A stretch of 64,000 bases of DNA from the human T2T-CHM13v2.0 reference genome, Homo sapiens, in NCBI RefSeq assembly GCF_009914755.1, contig NC_060934.1. One strand, 5' to 3'. The notes under the pieces were generated by a model. That model did not search any database, was not told where the DNA came from, and saw only the letters and a list, made by a program, of their open reading frames with translations. Positions 61,208 to 64,000 of this stretch are shown here, one piece after another; positions within the stretch are counted from its first letter, which is position 1, and each line of letters starts with the position of its first letter. The position numbers and the translations under genes are program-made.

Positions 61208-61825
61208 GCAAGTAAGTGAAAGAGACAGCCTAAATAACGATAGTAATAATTATATACAACTGGGATAAAGAAATGTGAGATTCAAGTTCAATCGCAATGC
61301 TACATGCCTTTAAGCATAATCTCCGCTGATTTAACAGTTGTGTCAAGGTATTTGGGTACAAATTTAACAGATTCTAAACTGGGGATAAAGCAGGACCCAG
61401 CTCTGTAGGATGCCATTTACATGTGGAATTTGAACTCTCTTTAGTCAGAATCTTCTGACTCAGTATGTTTGTGAGCCGAGGCTGTGGCACAGACTTCACA
61501 GCCATATTATGGCTGCAGAAGCTGTATGCATTTACACAGGGTGACCTGAAAACATAACACTGTTTTAAAATGTTCTTGGTTAGTCTATAACCATTTTCTC
61601 AGGGAAATGAGGCAATAAAATAGGGTAGATGCTTGTAGATAAGTTGCACCTTAATCCAGCTTCACACTATGCATGGTGCAAAAAGAAGTTATTAGTGCTA
61701 AGGGGTGACAGTTCAAAGAGACGTGCTGCTCTCTCAGTCTGAAAGACCGACCACCATTTCTCAGACAGGAATATAATAAAACAGGTAGCCAAATAGAATA
61801 CTCTGACTAAATTCTTAAGAAGTCA

Positions 61826-62113
<288 letters not shown>

Positions 62114-63152
62114 AAGAAGTCGTCGAGTTCCTCAAAAGTTTCCAAACAAGCTCCTATGAACCCTACGTGCTTTTAAATAGCTCCAACAGCTACCACCCAT
62201 AACCCAAAGCCTAAACACTCACTAAACCTTGAGGGAATTACTCTCTCTGACTCAGTATCTTCATTTATCAAATGAAATTTATAATGCATCAACCTCATCA
62301 GGTTGCTGGAAGGCTTAAATGAGACTGCATTTGTAAAGAGTTCAGAACAATGCCTGGCACGTAATAAACACTCAATATATAGTAGCTACCATTAATATTT
62401 TTAATATTTAATAGTTTAATAGTACCACTAGGCTCTCTCTATATATCATCTTAATCCTCACCACAACCTTTGAAGACAAGCGCTATTATTCCCACATTGC
62501 AAATGAGGACACTGAATTTTCAGGGGTTAACCTGTCCAAGAACATACAAGCTAGTAAATGGACAAGATAAGGTTTGAACTAGATCTAGCAGATATCAAAA
62601 ATGTATTTTTCCCTTGACATTAAGATGTCTTTAATTCTTGATTTGTTACAGTAAAAATAAGGCAGAAAGCACAAAGCAATGAAGTCCCAATAGTTCACTG
62701 AGATATAGTAATTTGGTTTTAGAAATGCTACGTGTGCGGAAAAAGTCTGGAAAGGTTTGCAGCCAGCTGTTCACTGTGTTTACCTCTGTAAAGTAAGACT
62801 GGGGAAGCCTTTTACCTTATGCTTTCTGTAGGTTTATATTGTCCGATCTTTTAAACAATTACGCGGGCTTCTATGTAACCTTTACTGAAGGATGACATGT
62901 ATACAGCACAAATGGTAACGATACAGCTGATTGAATTCTCACATACAGAGCACACCCAAGGAAACAGCATGGGATAAAGAAGAGGACATTACCTGAACTG
63001 CTAAACCTCCCTGTGCCCGCCTTCCGTCACTGACCTTCCGGCAAAGGTCTGCCATGATCCTGACTGCTAACACTGTAGATTAATTCTGTCTAATTTTATG
63101 TAACTGGAATCACACAGTATTTACTCTTCACTCTTAGGTATGGCCTTTTTCT

Positions 63153-63155
<3 letters not shown>

Positions 63156-63192
<37 letters not shown>
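63156..63192. repeat. (TG)n microsatellite within an old L1 remnant
   Basis: Direct observation. Confidence 0.95.
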
Positions 63193-63193
<1 letters not shown>

Positions 63194-63331
63194 TCCTTCA
63201 TGTCACTGTGCATAGTTGTAATTTCTTCACTCTTGTTGCTGTGATGTTTTATACCATATAATTACACCCACTACTTATCTATTCTATTGCTGTTAGACAT
63301 GTGAATCGTTTCAAATTTGGGGCTATTATGA

Positions 63332-63828
<497 letters not shown>

Positions 63829-64000
63829 CTCTGTATGCATTTTCAATATCTTTATCTAAACTAGGTCCTATCTATGTTCTTATTGTCTTACTTGATACGA
63901 ATGGTCGTGTCTATAAAAATTAGTCCCTGAGTGTTCAGTAAGGAATCTGGCCTCCTACAAGACCGCTGTGTTCTTCACAAAATCATTTTTAGTATTTATG

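Overview
Primate (human-like) genomic DNA; I recognise it as the ACSM6-PDLIM1 interval (human 10q23-24). The + strand carries the last two coding exons of the acyl-CoA synthetase-like gene ACSM6 (4447-4548, 7798-7938). The - strand carries PDLIM1/CLP36 exons 2-7 (50954 down to 17074), all with GT-AG boundaries and matching phases; exon 1 lies beyond the right edge. The genes converge across about 8.6 kb holding two independent solo LTR7 (HERV-H) elements, an LTR47-like LTR, a decayed ERVL pol fragment, and an orphan CpG-rich promoter-like island that one LTR7 splits. The rest is mostly Alu, L1, L2, MIR, MER, THE1 and LTR8 repeats. Best leads: (1) the ACSM6 stop lies in what looks like a frameshifted remnant of the next ACSM exon fused directly to the last exon; (2) the LTR7-split island has NRF1/YY1/E2F/ETS-like motifs and a Kozak-flanked 131-aa antisense ORF; (3) skipping PDLIM1 exon 6 would give an NMD-escaping, LIM-less protein ending in VVCL; (4) a p53-family element made by local duplication; (5) a tailless Alu with TSDs; (6) a putative templated insertion in an L2. 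Repeat boundaries and subfamilies were judged by eye against remembered consensus sequences and are approximate.
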